From assembly GCA_024695575.1 (NCBI GenBank), contig JAILHY010000186.1:1-54117 (forward strand): DNA of 54,117 nt, written 5' to 3'. The translations under genes were made by a program, and so were the position numbers. The stretch comes from Lachnospiraceae bacterium. Lineage in GTDB: Bacteria > Bacillota > Clostridia > Lachnospirales > Lachnospiraceae. Under the pieces are notes generated by a model, which was given only the letters and a program-made list of their open reading frames with translations, made no database searches and had not been told where the DNA came from. How positions within the stretch are numbered: position 1 is the stretch's first letter; each line of letters opens with the position of its first letter. Positions 36,829 to 44,951 of this stretch are shown in pieces.

Positions 36829-37695
36829 ATGATCATGTTAAATCAGTATTTAAGGGAAAAATTTGGATGCAAGGTATATAAGATCGCCTTGAACGGAGGC
36901 TTTACCTGTCCTAACAGGGATGGAACCATAGATACAAGGGGATGTATTTTCTGCTCTGCGGGAGGAAGCGGCGAATTCGCAGGTGACCCGTTTCAATCCG
37001 TGACTGAGCAGATCGAGGCGGGGAAAAAACTTGTTGAATCTAAAACAAAGGATGATAAGTATATAGCCTATTTTCAGGCCTACACAGGAACATACGGAAG
37101 TATAGAGAAACTAAGGGCACTATATACGGAGGCTGTTTCACACCCGCATATCGAGGCACTTTCCATAGGCACAAGACCCGACTGTCTGTCTGAAGAGGTG
37201 CTTTCTCTTCTTGAAGAGATAAACAGGATCAAGCCTGTTTTTGTGGAACTGGGACTTCAGACCGTTCATGATAAAACGGCACGTTATATAAGGAGGGGAT
37301 ATGATCTGCCTGTTTACGACCGGGCTTTAACAAGGCTTAATGCCCTTGGAATAGAAACGGTAACTCACGTGATTCTGGGACTCCCCGACGAAACAAAGGA
37401 AGATATGCTTGAAACCGTTCGCTATGTCTGCAATTCCGGTGCGAAGGGCATCAAGCTTCAGCTTCTTCACATCTTAAAAGGGACAGATCTTGCCGCAGAG
37501 TACGAAGCCGGACGGGTATCTGTCATGGCGGAGGACGAATATATTGATATCCTTAAGGCATGTGCGCAGATAATACCCGATTCCGTAGTGGTTCACAGGC
37601 TTACGGGGGACGGTGACAAAAAACTCCTGATAGCCCCTTTGTGGAGCGCAAACAAGAGGCACGTATGGAACAGAATACAGAAGGAAGTGCTGTGA
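36829..37695 (+). CDS. TIGR01212-type (YhcC/YtqA) radical SAM protein
   Basis: GFTCPNRDG...GCIFC cluster motif; AYFQAYT, IGTRPD, VELGLQT, HVILGLP, HRLTGD. Confidence 0.92.
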   Translation: MIMLNQYLREKFGCKVYKIALNGGFTCPNRDGTIDTRGCIFCSAGGSGEFAGDPFQSVTEQIEAGKKLVESKTKDDKYIAYFQAYTGTYGSIEKLRALYTEAVSHPHIEALSIGTRPDCLSEEVLSLLEEINRIKPVFVELGLQTVHDKTARYIRRGYDLPVYDRALTRLNALGIETVTHVILGLPDETKEDMLETVRYVCNSGAKGIKLQLLHILKGTDLAAEYEAGRVSVMAEDEYIDILKACAQIIPDSVVVHRLTGDGDKKLLIAPLWSANKRHVWNRIQKEVL

Positions 37696-37710
37696 AAAAG
37701 AATCCGTAAG

Positions 37711-37719
37711 TGATATAAT
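37711..37719 (+). promoter_or_regulatory. Extended -10 promoter element
   Basis: TGaTATAAT about 35 nt upstream of the start at 37754, RBS AGGAGG. Confidence 0.55.
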
Positions 37720-37753
37720 GACAGGGATTTAAACCATAGGAGGATTTTCTTTT

Positions 37754-38794
37754 ATGAAGTACAAATTAAACGAAAAGCGTTACTTAAAGGAACTTGAGAA
37801 GGAGATGTCCATTGATTCCGTTACCGGACAGTATCACGAGCTTCAGGATTACCTTGAAAAAGAAGCAAAGAAGCTTGACTTTAAGACTTCCACCCTTCAT
37901 AAAGGCGGTCTTATCATCGAAGCAGGAGGTAAGGGTAATCCACTTCTTGTAACAGCTCACGGTGATACCATCGGTCTCATGGTCCGCCATATCAACGAGG
38001 ACGGAACCATCAAGGTTTGCAAGGTAGGCGGCCTTTACGCATATCATACGGAGCGTGAGAATGTCCGCGTACATACTAGAGACGGTAAGATCTACACCGG
38101 CTGCGTACAGCGTAAGAATGCTTCAGTTCATGTAACAGAGGATGAACTTGACAAAGAAGTTGCAAACTTTGATAAGAACTCATTTGTTGTTCTTGATGAG
38201 GATGTTAAGTCTGCTGCAGATGTAAGGAAACTCGGAATAGAGATAGGAGACTATGTTGCGGTTGAACCCAGATTCACCGTTTCAAACGGCTATATCAAGT
38301 CTCATTTCATTGATGATAAGGCACTTGTGGCTGTCCTTATGGAACTTCTTCACGATATTAAAGATGAGAAGGTTAAGCTTGGACGTAAGGTTTATCTTTA
38401 TATTTCTTTTTACGAGGAGATCGGACACGGCGGATCCACCGTACCTGCAGATGTTAAGGACTTCCTTGCGGTTGACATTGCCTGCATAGGACCCGAACAG
38501 ACCAGTGATGAAAGAAAGGTATCAATTTTCTGTAAGGATTCCCGCTTCCCTTACAACTACGACATGGTACAGGAACTTGAGAGCGCTGCCAAGGTTTCGA
38601 AGGCAGATTACGCACTTGATGTTCTGACTCCTCATTACGGATCCGACGGAGATCCTGCGCTTGTGGCAGGTTATGATATAAGACACGGAGCAATCGGACC
38701 CGGCACCAGAGCAAGCCACGGCTATGAAAGAACTCACATGGATGCCATCAAGAGTACCTACAGCCTCCTTGCTGAGTACGTAACAAGAAAGTAA
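37754..38794 (+). CDS. M42 family metallo-aminopeptidase
   Basis: AHGDTIG, IDDK, YEEIG, VD, SHGYER metal ligands. Confidence 0.9.
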   Translation: MKYKLNEKRYLKELEKEMSIDSVTGQYHELQDYLEKEAKKLDFKTSTLHKGGLIIEAGGKGNPLLVTAHGDTIGLMVRHINEDGTIKVCKVGGLYAYHTERENVRVHTRDGKIYTGCVQRKNASVHVTEDELDKEVANFDKNSFVVLDEDVKSAADVRKLGIEIGDYVAVEPRFTVSNGYIKSHFIDDKALVAVLMELLHDIKDEKVKLGRKVYLYISFYEEIGHGGSTVPADVKDFLAVDIACIGPEQTSDERKVSIFCKDSRFPYNYDMVQELESAAKVSKADYALDVLTPHYGSDGDPALVAGYDIRHGAIGPGTRASHGYERTHMDAIKSTYSLLAEYVTRK

Positions 38795-38803
38795 TATAAA
38801 TAA

Positions 38804-39826
38804 TCAGGTACTTGAACGTTTCAGGACTTCGGCACTTAAAGTAACGACCTTGCTTGGAGTGTCGTCGCCAGAAAGCCTGTCAAACAGTATCCCGGCAGCC
38901 ACCCGGCCCATATCTCTAATAGGCAGGGCGATGGTCGTAAGGGGAGGGTTCGAGTACTTGGATATTTCAATATTGGAAAGACCTATAACCGCCACCTCAT
39001 CGGGGACGGAAACCTTAAGATCAAAGAGAGTGCGAAGGACGCTTATGGCCATTAAGTCACTGGCCACAAAGTAAGCATCCGGAAGCACTTTCTTTTTGTA
39101 TGCTTCTCGTATGATGCGGTCGCAGTAATCCTCGTCCCAGTTGCTGGCAAGGATCCAGTCGGGATTGTACTCAAGATTGTAGCAGTGGAGCGCTGCGTAA
39201 TAGCCGTGAAATCTTCGGCTTTCATTAATTTTGTCTCTGAAGCCTCCGATAAAGCCTATCCGCTTGTAGCCCTGATCCATAAGATGTCTGATAGCCATAA
39301 ATGCGGCGCCGTAGTGGTCGTATGCCACGTTGTCTATGTCCTTGTGATCCGTATCTATTCCTACTATAAAAGGAGTCTGTTTCTTTAAATAGTCAAAAGT
39401 TGAAGGTTCCAGGGTATTCATGATGATAACACCGCTCACGGGATCCTGGAAAGTGCTGTAGAGTACCTTGGGATTGTCAAGTTCTTCGTTTGTTCTTATA
39501 AAAGAGATTTCGTATCCCTTTTTCATCACTGCGTCTTCGAAGCCTGACAGAATGGAGAGATAGTAGGGATCGTTGTACTTGCCGCCCTGAACGTTCAGTA
39601 TGCAGCCGAATTTGTGCGGGTTGGCCGCAGCATCCTCGGATTTGTGAACGTAACGCATCTGACCCTTGGGAGAAGAAGGTGCTTTGTAACCAAGCTCGGC
39701 TACGGCTTTCCACACCCGTTCAATTGTTTCGTTGGTCATCTTGTATTTTGTATCGTGATTAAGGACTCTGGAAACTGTAGCTGCTGACACTCCGGCAAGA
39801 GCTGCCACATCGCGGACTGTACTCAT
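38804..39826 (-). CDS. LacI family transcriptional regulator
   Basis: TVRDVAALAGVSAATVSRVLN HTH; sugar-binding domain with VPDEVAVIG, PPLTT. Confidence 0.95.
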   Translation of the reverse strand: MSTVRDVAALAGVSAATVSRVLNHDTKYKMTNETIERVWKAVAELGYKAPSSPKGQMRYVHKSEDAAANPHKFGCILNVQGGKYNDPYYLSILSGFEDAVMKKGYEISFIRTNEELDNPKVLYSTFQDPVSGVIIMNTLEPSTFDYLKKQTPFIVGIDTDHKDIDNVAYDHYGAAFMAIRHLMDQGYKRIGFIGGFRDKINESRRFHGYYAALHCYNLEYNPDWILASNWDEDYCDRIIREAYKKKVLPDAYFVASDLMAISVLRTLFDLKVSVPDEVAVIGLSNIEISKYSNPPLTTIALPIRDMGRVAAGILFDRLSGDDTPSKVVTLSAEVLKRSST

Positions 39827-39890
39827 TATGATCCTTTCTGCGATCCTTATGAAACAAAGGGATCGTGGTGAAACGCTTTATTTTAACTAT

Positions 39891-39919
39891 ATGATAAAAG
39901 AATCTTGTTGCGTTGTCAA
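39891..39919 (-). promoter_or_regulatory. Promoter of the lacI-family gene
   Basis: TTGACA-17 bp-TATCAT. Confidence 0.7.
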
Positions 39920-39988
39920 CGAAACAGACTAAAATGTTATACGTAAAATTTCACAAAAAACTTATTAACAATCTGTTAAAAGCAACTA

Positions 39989-40017
39989 TTGATTAACAAA
40001 TAAAGCAGTGATATAGT
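39989..40017 (+). promoter_or_regulatory. Promoter of the 40.07-51.98 kb operon
   Basis: TTGATT-17 bp-TATAGT with an extended TG at 40009. Confidence 0.75.
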
Positions 40018-40019
40018 GT

Positions 40020-40052
40020 TTACGTAACGAACGCAACAAAACTACGCAACAA
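40020..40052. promoter_or_regulatory. Candidate repressor operator array (ACGNAAC repeats)
   Basis: TTACGTAA palindrome over the predicted +1; ACGCAACAA at 40031 and 40044; inverted copy TTGTTGCGT at 39905. Confidence 0.55.
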
Positions 40053-40070
40053 GTTTCAAAAGGAACGAAA

Positions 40071-41444
40071 ATGAGCAGCAAATTTGCCTATGACGAGCTT
40101 CTTTCATATATGGGAATGCACAAGCTCCCCAAGGGGCTTAAAGAAGCCTATGACTTATATGAGCCTGCGGAGGGCTCCACTCTTATCGAAAGAGATTATT
40201 ACGAAAGCCTTCTTGCTCCTTATGATCTTTCGGAAGATAAGAAGATATTCCTTGACAGAACCCTTGATGCAATAGAAGCGGATGAAAAGGTGCTTTTCTT
40301 TTCGAAGTTCTTCGTATGGGATATGTGCTCCATGCGAAACAAATACGACATCGACAATTACACGGAGCTGGTTCCTTCGGTACTTAAGGGATACAGCGAA
40401 GCCTATGCTTTCATTATCCTTCTTGCCTGTGTTCCCGTATCAGAGCTTGAGATGAAACGCCGCGGCATACCGAAGGAATATTACGAAGACATTCCTCACA
40501 GGATGCTGCGAGATCAGCTTAAAAGGTATAAGGAAACGGGAAAGGTCAATGTGGAAGACATGCCCTGGAAGATGAATTTCTACACCCTGACCATTTTCCT
40601 TTTGGACAGATTCCTGTTCATCCCTTACGGCCACGGCGAACGCTTCAGATTGTACAGAAGCAAGAAGACCGGTAAGGTTGTGGGGCTTTGTGAAGCGGGC
40701 TGCACCTACGATGCGGAAGGACAGCTTCTCTGGTGGGGCTTTCCCGATGAGGCTGAGTGGCATATAACGGGACACTCGGAGCCAAAAGAAACAGACGGAC
40801 TTAAGAACGGTTTCTTTTACATAGACAGAAAAGCAGCAAGTCCCGAGATATTCACGACTACACTCACAGAGACAGAAGAAAGCGTGCGGGGATATTACAT
40901 GAATCCCCTCGGCTACACGGAAAACAGGACCGTTACCCTCGATAAGAAGGAATACGATCAGGTACTTAAAGACGGGGACTGGCTTATAGCACTCCATATT
41001 CCGGGAGGAGAGGGCTACACACCCGAAAGAATGCATAAGTCCATGGCTCTTGCCCTTGATTTCTTTGCAAAGTACTATCCGGAACTTGATATGAAGGGCT
41101 TCTGGAGTTCAAGCTGGCTGTACGACGAAAGACTCAGATTTATCCTGGGAGACGGACGCAACATCACGAATGTTCAGGATCTGATGTTTAGATACAGCGA
41201 CGGAGAGGACGGTTCAATGCTTTACGTTCATCTCTACAGAGATATGAACAATCCGCTGGAAACAAGGGAGTGCAGTACTACACTTCAAAAAGAAGCAAAG
41301 AGATACCTTCTTTCGGGAAAGAGATTCTGCACAACGGGCATGATGATACTTACAGAGGAAGCCAGCTCCGGAAAACCTTATTTCTCAGCCGAAGACAAAG
41401 ACGCATGGAATGAAATGACACGGGAATACAATCTAAAGATCTGA
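40071..41444 (+). CDS. Acyltransferase-domain protein (DUF5596/GNAT-like C-terminal domain)
   Basis: RRGIP, LDRF.F, IALHIPGG, FFAKYYPE and SSSWLYD patterns of this family; no signal peptide. Confidence 0.7.
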   Translation: MSSKFAYDELLSYMGMHKLPKGLKEAYDLYEPAEGSTLIERDYYESLLAPYDLSEDKKIFLDRTLDAIEADEKVLFFSKFFVWDMCSMRNKYDIDNYTELVPSVLKGYSEAYAFIILLACVPVSELEMKRRGIPKEYYEDIPHRMLRDQLKRYKETGKVNVEDMPWKMNFYTLTIFLLDRFLFIPYGHGERFRLYRSKKTGKVVGLCEAGCTYDAEGQLLWWGFPDEAEWHITGHSEPKETDGLKNGFFYIDRKAASPEIFTTTLTETEESVRGYYMNPLGYTENRTVTLDKKEYDQVLKDGDWLIALHIPGGEGYTPERMHKSMALALDFFAKYYPELDMKGFWSSSWLYDERLRFILGDGRNITNVQDLMFRYSDGEDGSMLYVHLYRDMNNPLETRECSTTLQKEAKRYLLSGKRFCTTGMMILTEEASSGKPYFSAEDKDAWNEMTREYNLKI

Positions 41445-41455
41445 AAGGTGATCGA

Positions 41456-42361
41456 ATGAAAGAGTTTAAGAAAAACCGACAACTGTACATTATGTGCTTA
41501 CCGGCGATCCTTCTTCTGATCGCCTTTGCCTATGTTCCCATGGCCGGTATCTGGATGGCCTTCACCAAGTACAATATAAAGGACGGCATATTCGGAAGCG
41601 AGTTCGTCGGACTTCAGAATTTCAAGTATTTCTTTACCGGAAGCACCGGTATGGGACCGAAGGTTATTTACAACACGCTCTACATCAACTTTTTCGGCCT
41701 CATATTCGGAACCATAGTTCCCATCACGATCGCCATCTGCTTTAACGAGGTAAAAGGAAAAGTATTCAAGAAGGTGACCCAAAGTGCCATGTTCTTTCCT
41801 TACTTCCTTTCCTGGGTAGTTGTGGGTGCTATCGTATACGCATTCTTTTCAACCGACACCGGTATGATCAACAGGATGCTCAAGGACATGGGCCACAACA
41901 TCATAAGATGGTATGCGGAGAAGAAATACTGGAAGGGCATCATTATCACGGTTGACGTGTGGAAGTGGTGCGGTTACAACTCCATTATCTATATGGCTGC
42001 CATGTCAAACTTCGATTCGTCCCTTTACGAAGCGGCAACGGTAGACGGAGCAAACCGTTTCCAGAGGATATGGTATCTGACGCTTCCGCTATTAAAGCCT
42101 ACAGTCATCATCCTTTGCCTTATGAGCATCGGACGTATCTTCTTTGGTGATTTCGGCATGATCTACGGTATCGTCGGAAACAACTCCCTGCTTTACGACG
42201 AAGTTGCGGTCATCGATACCTACGTATATTCGGCAATGAGGTCACTTGGATTTTCCTACACCACGGCGATCGGCCTGTTCCAGTCGGTTATGGGTCTGAT
42301 ACTGGTTACGGTATCCAATCATCTTGCCAAGAAAGTTAACGAAGGGGAGGGCTTGTTCTGA
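41456..42361 (+). CDS. ABC permease (LplB/YteP-like)
   Basis: FAYVPMAG, FVGLQNF, PYFLSWVV, LYEAATVDGA, AIGLFQSV. Confidence 0.93.
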   Translation: MKEFKKNRQLYIMCLPAILLLIAFAYVPMAGIWMAFTKYNIKDGIFGSEFVGLQNFKYFFTGSTGMGPKVIYNTLYINFFGLIFGTIVPITIAICFNEVKGKVFKKVTQSAMFFPYFLSWVVVGAIVYAFFSTDTGMINRMLKDMGHNIIRWYAEKKYWKGIIITVDVWKWCGYNSIIYMAAMSNFDSSLYEAATVDGANRFQRIWYLTLPLLKPTVIILCLMSIGRIFFGDFGMIYGIVGNNSLLYDEVAVIDTYVYSAMRSLGFSYTTAIGLFQSVMGLILVTVSNHLAKKVNEGEGLF

Positions 42362-43272
42362 TGGCTAAGACATTTGCTAAAAGAAGACATTTTTCCCTGG
42401 GTGACGGTCTGGTAAAGGGCTTTGCTTACTTTTTCATAGCTTTTATCGCTGTTGTATGCCTGTATCCCCTCATCATGGTGCTGTCGGTTTCTTTTTCATC
42501 CAATGCGGCAGTAGTGAAGCACGGATATTCGGTGATACCGAAGAGCCCTACGGGTGATACCTACCTGTATCTCTTTGCTCACAGCGGTGTCCGGATCTTA
42601 AGGTCCTACATAGTTACCATCGTTGTGACAATTGTGGGAACCCTTGGCTCCATGCTCGTTACCAGTATGATATCCTTTGCGCTTTCCATAAAGGATCTTA
42701 AATACAGAAACGCCATCGCATATTTTTGCAACTTCACCATTATCTTTTCGGCGGGCCTTATTCCCTGGTATTTCGTATGCGTTAACTGGTATCACCTGAT
42801 GGATTCGTACCTTGCGCTGGTGCTTCCTTCTTTGTTCAGCGTATGGAATATGTTCCTTCTTCGTACATATTTCAGTGCAGTGCCGGTTTCACTCTACGAA
42901 TCGGCCAAGCTGGACGGTGCAAGTTACTATCAGATCTACTGGAAGATAGCACTTCCTTTGAGTAAGACCGCAATGCTTACCGTAGGCCTTATGTATGCGC
43001 TATGCTACTGGAACGACTGGTGGAACGCCCTCATGTTCATTAATAACAGAGACAAGTTCCCGCTCCAGTATTTCCTTTACAACATCTTATCAAATGTTAA
43101 CGCCATCAGCAGCGGACGAATTCCTTCGGGAGCAGCGGCAAACATCAAGCTTCCTTCGGAAACCGTCAAAATGGCAGTAACCATTATAACCATCGGCCCC
43201 ATCATCTTTCTTTATCCGTTCATACAGAAGTACTTTGTAGACGGTATCATGACCGGGGCAGTAAAAGAATAA
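42361..43272 (+). CDS. ABC permease (LplC/YtcP-like)
   Basis: FSAGLIPWY, LYESAKLDGA, YWNDWW, PIIFLYPFIQKYF..G...GAVKE. Confidence 0.93.
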   Translation: MAKTFAKRRHFSLGDGLVKGFAYFFIAFIAVVCLYPLIMVLSVSFSSNAAVVKHGYSVIPKSPTGDTYLYLFAHSGVRILRSYIVTIVVTIVGTLGSMLVTSMISFALSIKDLKYRNAIAYFCNFTIIFSAGLIPWYFVCVNWYHLMDSYLALVLPSLFSVWNMFLLRTYFSAVPVSLYESAKLDGASYYQIYWKIALPLSKTAMLTVGLMYALCYWNDWWNALMFINNRDKFPLQYFLYNILSNVNAISSGRIPSGAAANIKLPSETVKMAVTIITIGPIIFLYPFIQKYFVDGIMTGAVKE

Positions 43273-43277
43273 CGTGT

Positions 43278-43299
43278 ATTAAGCGATGCTTCGCTTGAT
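43278..43299 (+). other. Stem-loop 5' of the SBP gene
   Basis: ATTAAGCGA-tgct-TCGCTTGAT (one G-U pair). Confidence 0.5.
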
Positions 43300-43329
43300 G
43301 ATACAGAACCTTAAAGGAGGGTTAGATAA

Positions 43330-44874
43330 ATGAAAAAGAAGTTTTTGGCAATTCTCTTGTCAGCAGCCTGTGCGCTTTCAGTGATGGCAGGATGCGGATC
43401 GGATGCAGGTACGTCCGGCTCAAGCGAGAATAAGACTGCGAGCGAGACCAAGAAAGAAACCGCATCCACTCAGAAGACTGAAGCTTCCAAGGATGTTTCC
43501 ACCGTTGTTATTCTTTATCCCGGTGAAGAAACCGATTCCATGGCAAACTTCATCAACAATCAGTTAAATCCCCGTCTTGCTGACGAGGTAGGCATCAAGG
43601 TTGAACTCATCTACAAGGGATGGGATCAGTACTGGGAGCAGAAGGACATCATGCTTGCTGCAAACCAGGTTATCGACCTTTACTGGGACGGCCTTCCGGA
43701 CCTTTCTTCTATGGTAAACAAGTCACAGTGCCAGCCTATCGGCGACCTTATCAAGGAAAACTGCCCCGATATGCTTAGGGTTATTCCTGAGTCACAGCTT
43801 GCAGGCGGACTTGTAAACGGCGTTCAGTACGGTATTCCTTCAGCTTACGCTCCTTCGTCCTGCATGTTCCAGCTTGTCTGCGTACGTAAGGATATCCTTG
43901 ACGGCGTTGGAATGAGCGATATCAAGACTGCAGACGACCTTAAGACCTTCGCGCAGAAAGCAGCAGATCAGTATCCCGAGCTGAACGGACCTGCAGATAT
44001 CATCTTCAAGCCCCTTACCAGAAACTTTGCAGATGAACAGTATACCTGGTGCGCATACGCAGATTCGGTTGTATACGGCGAAAACACCAGAAAAGCTTAC
44101 AGTTATTTTGAGACCGAAGCATTCCAGAAGGTTGCTAAGTTCAACGCTTCCATGTATGCTGACGGCCTTTACAAGGACGAACTTACCACCAACTACAACG
44201 AGCGTGATTCCCGTATGCAGCAGGGTACTTACCTGTGGGTTGAAGGCTCTCTCGGAAAAGAAAACGAAATCATCGCAGCAGTTCGTTCAAACGCTCCCGA
44301 AGCTGAACTTAAGAGCTTCCTTTTGAATCCTACCGCAGACAAGTATATCACTGCATGTGGCGGTGAAGTTCTTTGTGTACCTTACAGCGCAGCAAACCCT
44401 GCAGGCGCTATGAAGTTCTTAAACTGGTTATATAAGAGTCAGGAAAACTATCTTTTCTGCCTCTACGGACCTGAAGGCGAGAACTATACCGTAGAAAACG
44501 GACGTATCGCTCTTAAAGATCCCGGATTTGAGGGCTACTTCTATGAGTGGATGTTCCGTAACGCCAACTACACCATGTTCACTTCCGATGTTTCCGAAGA
44601 CTTCATCAAGACCTATGAAGCTTGGGATGACAACGCAAAGACCAGTGACGTTATCGCTTTCCACTTTGATAACAGCAATGTTCTTGAGATCGAAACCGCT
44701 ATCAACGAAGTAATCCAGAAGGAGTTTACTCCCATCGAGTGCGGTTATGTAGATTTTGATACCAACTATCCCGCGGCAGTTCAGAAGCTTAAGGATGCAG
44801 GTATTGATGATTATGTTGCAGAAGTACAGAGACAGCTTGATGAGTTCTTCGCAGCAAACGGATATCAGCACTAA
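43330..44874 (+). CDS. ABC substrate-binding lipoprotein (LplA-like, DUF3502-type C-terminus)
   Basis: Lipobox MAGC; S/T/K linker; C-terminal KLKDAGIDDYVAEVQRQLDEF; RBS AAGGAGG. Confidence 0.92.
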   Translation: MKKKFLAILLSAACALSVMAGCGSDAGTSGSSENKTASETKKETASTQKTEASKDVSTVVILYPGEETDSMANFINNQLNPRLADEVGIKVELIYKGWDQYWEQKDIMLAANQVIDLYWDGLPDLSSMVNKSQCQPIGDLIKENCPDMLRVIPESQLAGGLVNGVQYGIPSAYAPSSCMFQLVCVRKDILDGVGMSDIKTADDLKTFAQKAADQYPELNGPADIIFKPLTRNFADEQYTWCAYADSVVYGENTRKAYSYFETEAFQKVAKFNASMYADGLYKDELTTNYNERDSRMQQGTYLWVEGSLGKENEIIAAVRSNAPEAELKSFLLNPTADKYITACGGEVLCVPYSAANPAGAMKFLNWLYKSQENYLFCLYGPEGENYTVENGRIALKDPGFEGYFYEWMFRNANYTMFTSDVSEDFIKTYEAWDDNAKTSDVIAFHFDNSNVLEIETAINEVIQKEFTPIECGYVDFDTNYPAAVQKLKDAGIDDYVAEVQRQLDEFFAANGYQH

Positions 44875-44893
44875 TCAGTACTAATCAGTACTT
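44864..44893 (+). repeat. 10-bp tandem repeat across the SBP stop codon
   Basis: ATCAGCACTA ATCAGTACTA ATCAGTACTT. Confidence 0.7.
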
Positions 44894-44898
44894 AAACT

Positions 44899-44923
44899 CC
44901 GGTCACGGCATGACCGTGGCCGG
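44899..44923 (+). other. Stem-loop 3' of the SBP gene
   Basis: CCGGTCACGG-catga-CCGTGGCCGG (one G-U pair), no U-tract. Confidence 0.7.
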
Positions 44924-44951
44924 GGTATACTTTGGAACGTTGAGGGGCGTC

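Noticed and set aside
39869-39880. cre/CcpA site (TGAAACGCTTTA)
   Set aside because: Spacing and right arm do not fit TGWNANCGNTNWCA
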